Made by a program: the position numbers and the translations under genes
Shown: positions 31,882 through 63,854 of the stretch, piece by piece
How the letters are laid out: every line of letters starts with the position of its first letter
Position numbering within the stretch: position 1 is the first letter of the stretch
NCBI RefSeq assembly: GCF_009914755.1
Contig: NC_060925.1
Source: the human T2T-CHM13v2.0 reference genome, Homo sapiens
DNA: 64,000 nucleotides
Reading direction: 5' to 3' (one strand)
Notes under the pieces: generated by a model
Told to the model about the DNA's origin: nothing
The model's input: the letters and a program-made list of their open reading frames with translations, nothing else
Databases searched by the model: none

Positions 31882-32189
31882 TCCCCTCCTTTCCCCCCCC
31901 GCACCAGTCCCCTAGAGAGGCGTACCCGGGTCCCGCCCGCCAGAGCCTGAGCTTTGTACCGCCCACCAAGGCCACGCCCCCTACCAGCTGTGGGGCGCCG
32001 CAGAGGTCCTTTCTTCGGCTCCGGAGCGGTCCCTCCGCCTTCCCCGCTCGAGGCCACGCCCCCGTGCTCCTGCCGCCTTATTTTCCCCGGAGAGTCCCGA
32101 GGCGCCGCGCCTTGGCCCTGCCTACAGCCCGAGGCCCCGCCCCCGGCGCCCCTCCCAGCCGTTTGAAGCGGCTCGGGCTGCGGCTGGCT

Positions 32190-32362
32190 CAGAGTGGCGC
32201 GGGGGGCGTGGGGCGGTGCTGAGGAGCTGAAGCCGTGGCCAGCTCGACGCCGGACAGTCCAGCGAGCAGCACGGCGGGAACCGGCAGCCGGAGCAGTCCC
32301 GGAGCAGAAGCAGCAGCAGCAGCAGCAGCCCTCGCCGTTCGCGGAGCGCAGCCGAGCCGGCC
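32190..32362 (+). other. CLIC4: CLIC4 5' UTR portion of exon 1 (TSS approximate)
   Basis: GC-rich, ATG-free segment between the GC-box cluster and the start codon; the exact TSS cannot be read from sequence. Confidence 0.6.
32305..32328 (+). repeat. CAG trinucleotide repeat in 5' UTR: CAG AAG (CAG)6
   Basis: Read directly. Confidence 0.95.
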
Positions 32363-32434
32363 ATGGCGTTGTCGATGCCGCTGAATGGGCTGAAGGAGGA
32401 GGACAAAGAGCCCCTCATCGAGCTCTTCGTCAAG
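32363..32434 (+). CDS. CLIC4: Chloride intracellular channel 4, first coding exon (24 codons, phase-0 intron follows)
   Basis: gccATGg Kozak at 32363; translates [24 protein letters not shown], the recognised N-terminus of CLIC4 (the ELFVK motif is shared by CLIC proteins); ends at canonical donor AAG|GTGAGC; embedded in a CpG island. Confidence 0.97.
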
Positions 32435-33535
32435 GTGAGCGCTCGCCTCGCGGTCCCGCCCGGCAGATCCCCCGGCTCCCTCCCGGCTGCGGGGAGCGGC
32501 GTCCCGGGGCTCTCCTGAGGCGCCCCCGCTCGGCGCCAGCACCCGTCCCGCTGCGGGCACCCGCGCCCCCGGCCCATTGTCTGGGGGCCGCCCGCGCCTT
32601 CCCGCCTCCGAGGGCCCGTCGAGGGGTCCGGGTTGGGGACCCGGGCGGCGGCCACCGTCTCCAGCGCGTAGGCATCGGCGGACGCCAGACCAGCGTCCCG
32701 CGCCCGGGTGGGTCGGGAAGAGCCCACGGGCGGGACTTGCCTGCCCCGGGGCCCCAGCGCCGGGCGCGCGCGGGTCCTGTCACCACCCCCCGCCCGGGCG
32801 CCGGGGCCCGGCCCCACCCGCTCCCCAGCGCTCCGGTCCGCCGCCCGGAGCCCGAACTGCGGCCCGCCGCCCGATGAGCTTTCAAACGAACTTCTTTGAA
32901 CGCGTTTTTGAAAAAGCATTTGCTCCCCACTGGTCTGAAACGGAAACTTTAATTTTCGATGCAATCTTAAACAAATTTACCAAAGAGCAGGTGCTCTTGG
33001 ACCTTCGGAAAAGACCGAGATTCCCAACTTGTGTTTTTCTGTCTTGGGCATTTACTGGCTTTCTCGTTTCTCAAGCGCGGAGTGTTCTGTATGATGCAAC
33101 ATTTTGGCTTCTCCCCCCGGCGTTGCTGCTTCGGGAAGGATTGTGTGTGCCCTTTTGTTTTGAAAGAAATTGAGGGAGAGAATTCTTAACTTGCTTGGGC
33201 TTTAAAGGGTTGGTTTTCCCTTGTGTCTTCAGCTTTCATGTGTGGAATTTATTTGCTTACACATACTACCCCTCTTCCTTTGCTTTTCTCTTTAATACTT
33301 TTTATTTTAGCAAAGGAGAGAGTCGAAGTTATAAACACCTGGATCCAGCTCCTTCCCTCAAAACTTAAAAAAAACACTTTGAGCTTCTTCCAGCCACTTA
33401 AAAAGCCAGGCTCATTCAGAGCTAGGCAACATACCGGAAAGTAAATGGTCATCTAGAACTATTGGGTTCTTTTTTTTCCCCGAGTTTTTACTTTAAAGAA
33501 AGGACATTTCAGGATGTGTTTAAGAGATAGAGAAG

Positions 33536-37475
<3,940 letters not shown>

Positions 37476-37895
37476 TACTGCCTGAGTTTCTAATCCAATA
37501 TGTCCAGTTACTAATTGTGTATCCCAGGATACATCACTTAAACCTGTCTGTGCCACATCTGCACAGTTGGGATATTAGTAGAACAGTCCTATGGGATAAA
37601 TTAATATATGTAGTATGCAACAATCTTAGAACAATGTCTAGTACACAGTAAGCAAATAAATGCTAGTTGTGTATAATTTTGTATGAATATATATTTATAG
37701 GCAGATCTCCCCTACTAGATAGACAGTAAATTCCTTGAGGATAGGGTGTGCATATGGTTCAGAGTGCCTGCAACTTAAGAGGATGCCAAATGTTTGAAAT
37801 GAGATTGTGCCCTTCTTTCAGAGAATTCTGTTGTTGAGCATTTTGTTGTCAATGTATGTCTCTACCATGCTTTGGAATTAGAAACCACTTACTGA

Positions 37896-38700
<805 letters not shown>

Positions 38701-39064
38701 GTAATCCCTTTGCGGAGTTCAGTTTTATGGGCTGGAATTTAAACTTGTTGTTGTGCCACTGTGAACTGGGATGATCACTGTCAGCAAGTAGTCACCAAGC
38801 TGCTGGGATTGGGGTGGTGTTTGTAAAAAGTTAATCTGGTGCAGGGTGGCATAACACATAAGAGTCTGTTTCTTTTGAGATATTTGGCAGAGGTTCCTAA
38901 TGTGCTTGGACTCTGGAGCCACACTGCTTGACTTGAATCTGGCTTCTAGTATGTCAGGCAAGTTTTTAAGCTCTCAGTGCTTCAGTTTCCTAACTTCTAA
39001 TATCAGGATAATAATAATAGCAATTTTATATGGTTACTGAGGGGATTAAAACTGTTAATCTGTG

Positions 39065-39460
39065 CATATTAGTTAGGGTAGTTTAAGTTGCTGTAATAAG
39101 TTATCCCCCCACAAACAGTGGTTCAAATATGATGGAAGTTTATTTCTCACCCCTCAGTCCAGGAGAATGTCTTAGATGTTAGGGTGGCTTTCCTCCTCAG
39201 AGTCATTAAGGGACCCGGGCTCTTTCTAGCTTATTTGTCCACTAACTCCCAGAGCATTGTCCTCTTCTGAATTGTCAAAGTTGGTGGGTGACAAGTACTG
39301 TCTGTTGCCAGTGGGGGGTGGAAAATATGGAGGAAGCACATCTTAAGGGCCCCAGCTCAGAAGTTCTACCTGTTACTTCCGGTCACATTCTATTGGAGAG
39401 AACTTAATCACATAGCTTCATCTGCAAGAGAGGCTGGCAAGTGTGGTCTAACCGTATACC
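39065..39460 (-). mobile_element. MLT1J-like LTR inserted in a MIR
   Basis: TTAGTTAGGG..GCTGTAATAA, AAGTTTATTTCTCAC, TCACATTCTATTGG..AGAACTTAATCACAT, CTGCAAGAGAGGCTGG. Confidence 0.65.
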
Positions 39461-39502
39461 ATCCTATGTAAAGCTTTAGGAAGAGTGCTTGACACATAGT
39501 AA

Positions 39503-39829
<327 letters not shown>

Positions 39830-41598
39830 TAATAGTATATTATTTTTAAATGTGGGCTCTATTAGTAGGATCAGGGAGTTCTGTAAATCCTTGAAATTAC
39901 AGTAAAAAATTCTAATGTGAGGCTTTTTTTCTGGAAATTCCTAAACCAAGGCTAAGAACCACTGTTCTAAAAGAAGTAAATAGTGGAATTCTTAGAGTCA
40001 AGAATACTTTATATAAGCAAGGTATAAAAGAAGGGCTTGGGCTAGATGATCACAAAGGTCTCTTCTAGTTATTATTAACTATGACTTAAAGAATGTACCG
40101 GCATGAACTAAGTGCTAATACTGAGTTAAGTACTATGGAAGATATAAGAAATTATTAAACAGTTAATTTCTTTAGGTTTACAAATTTTATTGGAAAGAAA
40201 ACAATACAAGATGGTCCATGCTTAAAGAGTCAAGTGGGGCTCACATTAAGTAGGGCTAGGAGACATGGGGAAAGATGGAAGGAGGCTTAAACTTGACCTT
40301 GAAAAAGGAGGTGAATAGGTGGGTTCGGAATAGCCAAGAATGGGAATGTGAGTTTTGACATTATGTGGAAACTCCTTATGCAGGAAACAATTGGTAGATT
40401 GATACCTAAGAAGGAACCAGGAGTGATTCAGATCTATAGTGCCAGGGAGACAAGTTATTTAAAAGTTGAGGATGAGACTTTTAAAACCTAACTTGGGTTT
40501 TTGTTAATGTATACATTTTCCTAACTTTTTTCATTCTCCCCACACTTTCCTGTGTTTTTGGATTGCTGTCTGTTTAATAACTTTTCAGTGGCACTTGGGA
40601 AGGTGCAAATGGATTGTACAGATGGACTGTTTTGACAGTTTAAAGTGGGAATTCTTTATATTGTTTCAAGGACAGGCTTCAAACTTCCCCCCGTCTTTGT
40701 TTTTTCTAACAGAAAAAAATGAAATAAATTTTCTATAGGAAATGATGCTGAAAACTGTTCTGGTAATTAACAAAAGCTAACTCAATATTCAGACAATATT
40801 ACCTTGAATCTAATTGATTTGCCATTCATTTGAGGTTTCCGGGGGGAAAATTCAGGAGACAGAAATGAATGTAAAGTATGAAGTTAATGAAAACCTATTA
40901 TTTTAACTTTTTGCCTGAGCTGTTCCTGAAGACCTAATAATGCTACTTTTGGCAAAGGCCAAATTTGATGATTTTGGTTTAATGTAAAAACCTGTGAGAA
41001 AGGAGCCTAGAATGGGGAAGAGGCAGGAGGCTTTGAGCCTAGGAGACTGAGCACACGAAAAGCTTAACAGAGTATGAATAATGATAGGAAAGAGGCAATT
41101 GGGAGAAGAACCTGGCTGTCAGGAAATGTCACAGTTGGTTTGGGAAGATGCCTGCAGAGGTGCCTAGAAGCCAGTAAGTAAGGATGGTGAGCCATCCTTT
41201 TCCGCTTCCTGTTTCGTTAGAGCTGTGGAGCCTCCGTGTTCTGATGTCCCCTGAGTAGGGAATTGTGAGTCCATAAAAGGAAAATGTGTTAGGCAGGATG
41301 GGAAGTGTGATTAAGGCATGAGTTAAGATTTTGGTCAAGTAGAGGAGTAAGCTAGGATGGGTTTGCCTGTTTTAGACGCTTGCATAGAGAATGGAAAGGG
41401 ACTTTCTGAAGGAAAATGACATTAGGTCATGGTTACCTATTGTCCAAGGATGATTTAAGACATGTAAATGTAATTTAGGGCATCAGCTAGTGAATTTTCT
41501 CATGGCTTTTAATTATATTGTCTATTTCGAGACTTGCCTCTTATCTCTCAGTGGTCAGTTCCAGATATTGGTATAAGAAATAAGAAATAACAATGATA

Positions 41599-47200
<5,602 letters not shown>

Positions 47201-47469
47201 TCTTAAATAGATCCTGCTTTCCCTAGTTGTTTATTGAATTAGATACAAAGTCTTTGATCTGGCATTGATCTAACTTGTATTTCCACTCTTAACCCCCACC
47301 GCAGCTGCAGATATGCCTCATATTGTATCTAGATTGGTCTTAAACATGCTCTGCACTTCTCTGCCTTCATGGAAGACTTTTGCTGATATTTCCTTCACTT
47401 GATACACTTTTGGCTTTTCCACCCTCTCCCTGCCCCCAATTTCTGCTTGCCAGAATAATATCTGTTCTT

Positions 47470-49760
47470 CTTTCATTCATTTATTTAACAACTATTGAGA
47501 CACTGTTGTAGGTGCTTGGATACACCTAGTGAACAAAGTTCTTGTCATTATGGCAGTCATATTCAGTTGAGGGAGGCAAACGATAAATGCTGGTGATTAA
47601 ATGCTGTGAAGAAAATGAAGTAGGTTAAGGAAATTTTTTGAAGTAGGTTAAGGAGTATTGACAATGATAGGGGGTGCTATTTTCAGTTTAACGGGGCATT
47701 CCATTATCCCTGTGGAGAATGACAATTAGGAAGGCAAGGTCAGAAGCAGGGAGACTAATTAGAGGTGACTTTTCCAGTAATCCAGGCATGAGATGATGGT
47801 GGCTTGGAATAAGGTGGGAAGTTGCTGGATTCTGGATATATTCTAAGATGGAGACAACAGAATTTCCTGAGGGACTGGATGTGGAATGTGAGAGAAAGAG
47901 GAGTTAAAGATGATTCTGAGATTTTTGTTCTGAACAGCCAGAATGATGGAGTTGTCATTAACTGAGGTGGAAAAGGCTGTGGGAAGGGCTAGTTCTGATG
48001 GGGAGGAGATCAGGAGTTTAGTTTTTTGACGTGTTAAATTCAAATTTATTAATACCTCATAGAACCTATCATCTACTTGGAGAGGCATATGTTAAAGAAA
48101 CATATAAATAAGGACAGTAGGTTATTATATCAAAGAAAAGAACAGGGCAACTTGAGAAAGAATGGCAGGAAACCCAATTTAGATGGAGGCTCAGTGAGAG
48201 CTTTTCTGAGAAAATGACATGTAGGATGAGTAGTAATTAGAATGAGGGGAAAAGCGTTCTAGGTTGAAGGAATCAGCATGTGTAAAGGCTGGAAATAATC
48301 AGTTAAGGGTGTGACTGGAAAACAGAGAACAAAAGTGAGCAGTAGAGTGAGGGATTGACAGGGGCCACATCATGGAGGGCCTTGTATGTCATGTGAATTT
48401 TGTCCTTAGTAGAAATGGCAGTTCTCAGATGGGTTTAAGTGAGGGAGCTTCAGGATTAGAGTTGCATCTTAATATGAGTAGCCTGGCTCTGTGGAAAATG
48501 AATTTAAGGGAGGCAAGAGTGGCAATAAGGACAACTATTTGGAGGCCATTGCCATCAAGAAAGGTGATGGTGGCTTGGATTAATAAGGTGATGGAGAGAA
48601 GAGAATGGATTTGAGGTAGATTTTGGAAGTGGTGTCAATAGGAGGATGTTAAGGAGGTATGTGAGAGAGAAAAGTGTGAGAAATGACTTGGGTTTGTAAT
48701 TAGAGCCACTGGTCAAGAGTTGCCGTTCATGGAGAGGGAGGAGGAGCAGACAGAGTTCAAGTTTTGACTTGTTGAGTATAAGATGGCTGAGATGTCAAGT
48801 GGAGATGTTGGTAGAAAGTTGGACCTACAGATCTGTTCAGAAAGAAGTCTAGGCAGGGTAGAGATATTTGGGACTTGATGACATACATATATGTATATAT
48901 GACATACACACACACATAGAATATTTGGTATTTAAAGTGTATGAGGCTGGATGTGGTAGCTCACACCTATAATCCCAGCACTATGGAAGGCTGAGGTGGA
49001 AGATTTGCTTGAGGCCAGGAGTTTTTGACCAGTCTGGGCAACATAGCAAGACCCCATCCCTGCAAAAATAAAAATAAAAAATCAGCTGGGCGTGATGTCA
49101 CATGCCTATAGTCCTAGCTACTTCAGGAGGCTGAGGCAGGAAGGTTCACTTGAACCCAGGAGTTAGAGGCTACGGTGAGATATGATCATGCCACTGCACT
49201 GCCTGATGACGGAGTGAGACTCTCTCTAAAGAAAAAAACAAGTGTATGAGATCATTGTGTGGATGAGTAAAGAGTGAGGAAAATGCCTAGAAGCAAGTTC
49301 TGAGGAACTCTAAACACTTAGGGGTTGGGTAATGGAGGAGAAGCTAGACAAGGAGAACAAAGAGGAACTGTGGGGGAACAGTAGTGAGTGGTGAGAGGAA
49401 AACTACTAGAGTGAGGTAGGAAGAAGCTAGGAGAGGTTTGTAAGGAGGGAGTGACCAGTTGTATCAAGCTGAGTGTTTGTTGGATTTAACACCCTGGAAG
49501 TTACTGGCAACCTTCGTAGTAACAGCTTTGGTGGAGTAGTGGTGGTGGGAAGTCATAATACAGCGGGTAGAAGAATGAAATAGGAAGTAAGAGACTGGAG
49601 TCAGTGTGTAAAGCCAACTCTAACAAGAAACTTGGCTATGTAGAAGACACAGGTTGATAGCTGCAAAGGGGGATACATATGAAGGGAAGGCTTTAAAAAG
49701 TATGAGCTGTAAGAGCTGGGTTGAATGCTGATTTATTAGAGAAAGAAGTGGAAAATTAAA
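47470..49760 (-). mobile_element. L2 remnants (long, degraded) with an AluJ at 48945-49240
   Basis: TTCATTCATTTATTTAACAA terminus; AGTAATCCAGGCATGAGATGATGGTGGCTTGG and GATTCTGGATATATT motifs. Confidence 0.75.
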
Positions 49761-49882
49761 GAGAGACATGGTTTAATGGATGTCCTTCAAGGAATCTCCC
49801 AAATGGCCACCTATTCCACTAGGTCCCCCTCAGTGGTATGTATTGCTTCTTCGTATGAATTTTCATACAACCTTCCCTCCTA

Positions 49883-51482
<1,600 letters not shown>

Positions 51483-52591
51483 TTCATACTCTGGTATCTT
51501 CTGGCATTTCACAGAAGGGCATCTGGATTCCTGCCAAAATTGATTCTTTTGTCTTTTATTAAAAATAATCTTTCAAGCAAATTTGAGATTCACCACTAAA
51601 GCCCTAAATTTGTTTTTATTTACTTTGTGTTTTAACTCTCTCTCACTGCAGGTTTGTTGTTGTTGTTGTTGTTGGTTTTTTGGTAAGTACAGAGACTACA
51701 AATTTAAAAAATCTTTCATTAAACATGTCTTTACTAAGTGCCTACTAGGAACTGCTCTAAGCTCTGGGAAGCAAGAAAATGTACCCTCAGGTGTCAGTAA
51801 TGAATGAGCTATAAGGAAGGCGTACTATACACAATTATCTTAGATGGGATAATATTTTCCACTAGAGTTATTGTAACTCACTGCCTGGGAGGCCTTTTCA
51901 CTTCTAGGAAGATCTGGTTTTCCTATATTTAGAATAGATACTGTTCCCATTGACTGTTTTCTGTTGGATTTCTTAAATGCATGAGATAGAAGAAGTATAT
52001 ATGGAAAAGCATTTCATATTTAATTGAAATAATATATACATTTATGGAGTGCTTTCTATGTGCCAGGCACTGTGTTGACTACATCTATGAAATATTAACT
52101 CATTTGATTGTTACTCAATAAAATGTTTGCTGAAGGAATATATAGAAGCTTTTATTTTTTTCCGTGCACAGGCTTAATTTCAGAGGAGGTTGGGAGGAAA
52201 AGAAGAACTAAAAGATCACATGATTGGGAAAAAGCAAATGCCTAACAAGAAGCCAGAGAAATAGGTCGAGAGGGTGATGCAAATGACTGGGCTCAGTTCA
52301 TATTTTAGATTGAAATAAACAGATTTACTTGTTTTTCCTTGCAAAGTAAAAAAGTTTTAAGGGAGAGTCTGCAACTGTGTTTTGACCCTGAGCATGTGGC
52401 TTGATAGCCATTAAGATTAGGAGTGTTGAGAGCAGCTATTGTCCTGATGACTCAGCAGGAACCCCTGTGTTAGATTATACCGTTGCCTCCGTATTGCATG
52501 TAAAAAGTTCTTTATATCTTTTGAAATATTTGAGATCATAGATCCCAAAATCAGAGCCAGGGATGATTGTTTACTTGAAGTATCATTTGTA

Positions 52592-53608
<1,017 letters not shown>

Positions 53609-53736
53609 AGTATTTCTGTCTAGGTGCTGAAATAGTTTCTTTTGGAATTGAAGACCATTCGAATTAATATTTCAAGTAGGCAATTGAGTCATCATAATGG
53701 AAGACTGGATCTTTAGTATTATGCTGTTAGAGTATG

Positions 53737-53976
53737 CAGTGTCCAGTCTTTTGGCTTCCCTGGGCCACACTGGAAGAAGAATTATCTTGGGCCACACAAA
53801 AAATACACTAACAATAGCTGATGAGCTAAAAAAAAAAAAAAAAAAGAAAAGAAAAAGAAAAGAAAAACCAAAAAAACCTTATAATGTTTTAAGAAAGTTT
53901 ATGGATTTGTGTTGGGCTTCATTCAAAGTGGTCCTGGGCCACATGTGCCCCACGGACCTCAGGTTGGACAAGCTTG
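53737..53976. mobile_element. MER30 hAT element inserted in a MIR
   Basis: TCTTTTGGCTTCCCTGGGCCACACTGGAAGAAGAATT..TAGCTGATGAGCTAAAAAA..GGTTGGACAAGCTTG. Confidence 0.85.
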
Positions 53977-54634
53977 ATGTAGTGGCTAAGAGTGTGGACT
54001 CCCGAGCCATGTGGCCTGTGTTTGAATCCTAGTTCTACCCTTCACTAGTTGCCTTGGTGTCCCCACTGGGGTAATCTTGGGCTTTTGTAAAGATTATAAG
54101 AGTTAATATAAGAAAAGCCCTTAGAGTCTAACTCATAGTAAGCCTTGTTTGCTTACTATTTTGCCTTTAGGAATGCAGAATTAAGACCATGTTGGCTTGG
54201 CCTATGGTTAGTTTATTATATTCAATATACCATATGTGGTTTCAACCTTCAGGATTAGAAGCATCTGCCAGACTGCCACTACCACCAGGTGGGAACTTTT
54301 CATTCTTTATCAAAAGAGCAGGGTTAGTACAAAAAAAGTTCAAGGTTAAGCTTGAGTTTGCTCTTGAATTAACTTCAGTGAACCCTGATCCTGTTGACAC
54401 TTACTAGGTAACTAAAGGACAGTCAGATTGGACTCTGCCATCTTAGTCCATCGGCCTCAGCAGCTCTTGCTGGACTTGTAGCTAAAGCTTGAGAGTCCAT
54501 TAGTAGTGAGAATGTTTTTCTTTTTTTCCTCTCTCTCTTTTTTTTTAATGTGAAAGTGCAAAAGTAAAGAGGAATAATCTATGACATAGGATCTTATTGG
54601 TTCTGTACAAATACTCTTAATTAAAAATTTTTAA

Positions 54635-56951
<2,317 letters not shown>

Positions 56952-59227
56952 CACATATTTTGATTTTAGGATTGTTTTCCAATTGAGAAATGTCTAAATG
57001 GTTCAAGTTTAACAAAAATCATATACTAATTTGTTAATTATTTTTCTGTGAGTTCTTTTCTTTCTGCCCTCTCCCTTTCTCCCTTCCTCCCCCTTCAGAG
57101 GTTGGTAGAAAAAAAAAAAAAAGGCAAGGAAGTTTCTTTTTGTGGAGAGAGGAAATGACTGTTGGTTCAAGACTTTATCCATATTAGGTATAAACTAAAT
57201 ATAGACGTGTAATCCAGGAGTGAAGTCACATCTATAAAGTTTCTTAAGCAAAGCTAATGAGATCAGCCAGTGCTTTTGGATCTGTTTTTTCCCCCCTTGC
57301 TTTTGGCTCACTTACCAAACTGATTAGTCTTATAGTCTGCCTGCCTTTGCTTCTTTAAAAAAAGAATAAAAAAATTATAAGGAATCTTTCTGTAAAACAA
57401 GCACACAAATTTTTAAAAAGTTGCTTTGTATATGAAGCATAGTCACTTATGCCTCCCTTTGAGGGGAGGTTATAAATAAATTAGCTTCTTTAATTTCTTG
57501 ACCTTGTCATTTTCCTCACACCAATTCTTCTTTTTTTTTTGTTTTTTGAGTTGGTTTTATCCTTGAGTCTTTGTCACATATTTTTACTGTGAGGCTGGAC
57601 TCATCTTTGTAAGTTGTAAGAAACGTGTTTTACTTAGTATTTTCTTGGTTTATTCCATTTTTAACCATTAAAGCAGATCTCAGTATGGCTAAATGGTAGT
57701 AGGATTTCTTCTGATTGGCTGGTTAGAGAGATTGTAATAGAACGGAATGATGGAATAAATCTGCTTCTGGTCACAGCACATGTCCTTCTCAAATAAGGAC
57801 TTTGAAAAGTCCCCCAAAGCATTCTTACAATAATTATTTCCAACTCTTGTGTTCCTTCTTAGAGCCCTTTGCAAGCATTCCTAAACACTCAAGCCCTTAC
57901 GAACGTGCTATGCTTCTGAAGAGAAGAACTATATACACACATCTGTGGCGCATCTTACTATAAATACTTTGGAATACAACTAATTGTGTAAAAAGTTTAG
58001 CTTAACATATTTCGGGGTTTTAGGGATCAGTTCATGAAACTAAATGTTCTCCAAGCCTAAGTTGGAATCTGTTCTGAATCCTTCTCTGACCATGTTGTTC
58101 CCTTAGCAGAACTACTCTTTCCTACTGTTTGGGGCAGTTTGTGCATTTTTATATTCTGCCACTCATCTGAATCACCTTTAATTACATTTTTGTTCCAGGC
58201 TAGAATGTAAATTCCAGGAGATCAAGGATAAGGGATTATTTTCTTTTTTCTTCTTTTTATATTTTAAATTTAAAAAATTATTATGTTCTTCTAAAGACTA
58301 AGGGACTATTTTCTTCATCTTTTATATCTACCCCCTACCACAAACCTTTATATATAGGAGATAATTCATTAATTCAGTAAGCATTTATTAGTGTTTTTTG
58401 GCAAATTGGTGTGCATAGTATAGGAATATAAGCATGTAAGAGAGAATATATTAAATATTTTCTGTTATTGTGTTCTATATTACCTCATAGTAAAATACCA
58501 GAGTTAAAAGTAGTATTCAGTTATTGAACTTGAGACATGTAATTGGGGTTTCGTAACTAGCTACTCACTATATAGCTATTGGTCTAAACCTAACAGATTG
58601 GTTTAGAGAACTAGAATATTATGTAACTGGAAGGCCAGGTTCAAGTCTTATGTGTATCCTAATTGATCTGCTACCTCATCTGTCAAGTGGGTGTATTTCT
58701 TGGAGGTGATGTTCAGTCCAGTTTGTATTATTTTATATGCCAAGGTAGCCTTAGGCTTGGCTTAAGCTTAGGCTTAGGCAGAAAGTTGAGCCCTGAGATT
58801 CCAACGTCAGATCCAGAGAATTAAATTCTCATAATTAGAAGCAATCTATTAGATAACAAAAATAGAGCCAATACAAATTCTTCATGATAATGGAGGCAGT
58901 TTGCCAAAGAAAGAAAAAATATTTCAGGAGTGAATTCTTTGACCCGAAAGAATATATTTTATTTCCCAGGTGAGCTCCTGAAAGAAAGTTTAAGGAAAGA
59001 TTTTGTTTGTTGTATCTAAAATAAAGCAGACACAGAACCATTCTTCTTCTTCTTTTTTTTTTAAAGCCAGTCAAATTTATAGAATTTTCCTTCATCATAT
59101 TTGAGTAACCTGTGCATTGAAATCCGAAGTAAAATATTTCAGTAAGAAACATCCTGCTATGTTATACTCTTCAGATATTTGAAGTTTTAGGCCAGCAAAG
59201 AAGATAGACAAGAATTCTGAATATTAA

Positions 59228-63290
<4,063 letters not shown>

Positions 63291-63453
63291 AGACTCAAAC
63301 TTATTTTTTTAAAAACAGAAACCTTTAAATTTTAGAATAGTTTTAGATTTGTAGAAAAATTGCAAAAATAATACAGAGTTCTGAAATTTATTTTAAATGA
63401 AAGTATTTCTAAAATATATTAATGCTTCCTTGACTTTTGAAAATGCTGAGTTT

Positions 63454-63696
63454 GGCCAGGTGTCATGGCTCATGCCTGTAATCCCAGCACTTTGGGAGGC
63501 TGAGGCAGGTGGATCACCAGAGGTCAGGAAACCCTGTCTCTACCAAAAATACAAAAATTAGCTGGGCATGGTGGTAGGGGCCTGCTGAGGCAGGAGAATC
63601 CCTTGAACCCAGGAGGCGGAGGTTGCAGTGAGCAAAGATCATGCCATTGCACTCCAGCCTGGGCGACAAGAGCAAAACTCTGTCTCAAAAAAAAAC
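63454..63696 (+). mobile_element. AluS with internal deletions
   Basis: Alu ends intact; TSD GAAAATGCTG(A/G)GTTT. Confidence 0.88.
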
Positions 63697-63854
63697 CCGA
63701 AAATGCTGGGTTTAACTGCCAATTAATGTCAACATTCTGAATATAAATTCAGTAATGCAACAATGGCCTCGGGAGCCGTTGAGGCATGTAAGACTATTTT
63801 TGTCTTTCTGCTAAATGGCCTCAGCTATTGTGCTTTTCGAACCTAAATCTCCTT

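Larger units (their letters stand above)
31650..32950. promoter_or_regulatory. CpG island / TATA-less promoter of CLIC4
   Basis: Very high GC and CpG density; multiple Sp/KLF boxes (GGCCACGCCCC near 31971 and 32052, GCCCCGCCCC near 32134, GGGGCGTGGGGCGG near 32203). Confidence 0.92.

Noticed and set aside
32122-33173. Overlapping 120-280 aa ORFs on both strands across the CpG island
   Set aside because: Stop-codon scarcity in GC-rich DNA; they run through the exon 1 donor and resemble no known protein.
54280-54296. CTCF-like CCACCAGGTGGGA
   Set aside because: Mismatch at a core position (GGC expected); cannot be supported without ChIP data.
58748-58780. TTAGGC-like hexamer run resembling a telomeric repeat
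   Set aside because: Only about 5 degenerate units and not vertebrate TTAGGG; most likely local slippage.
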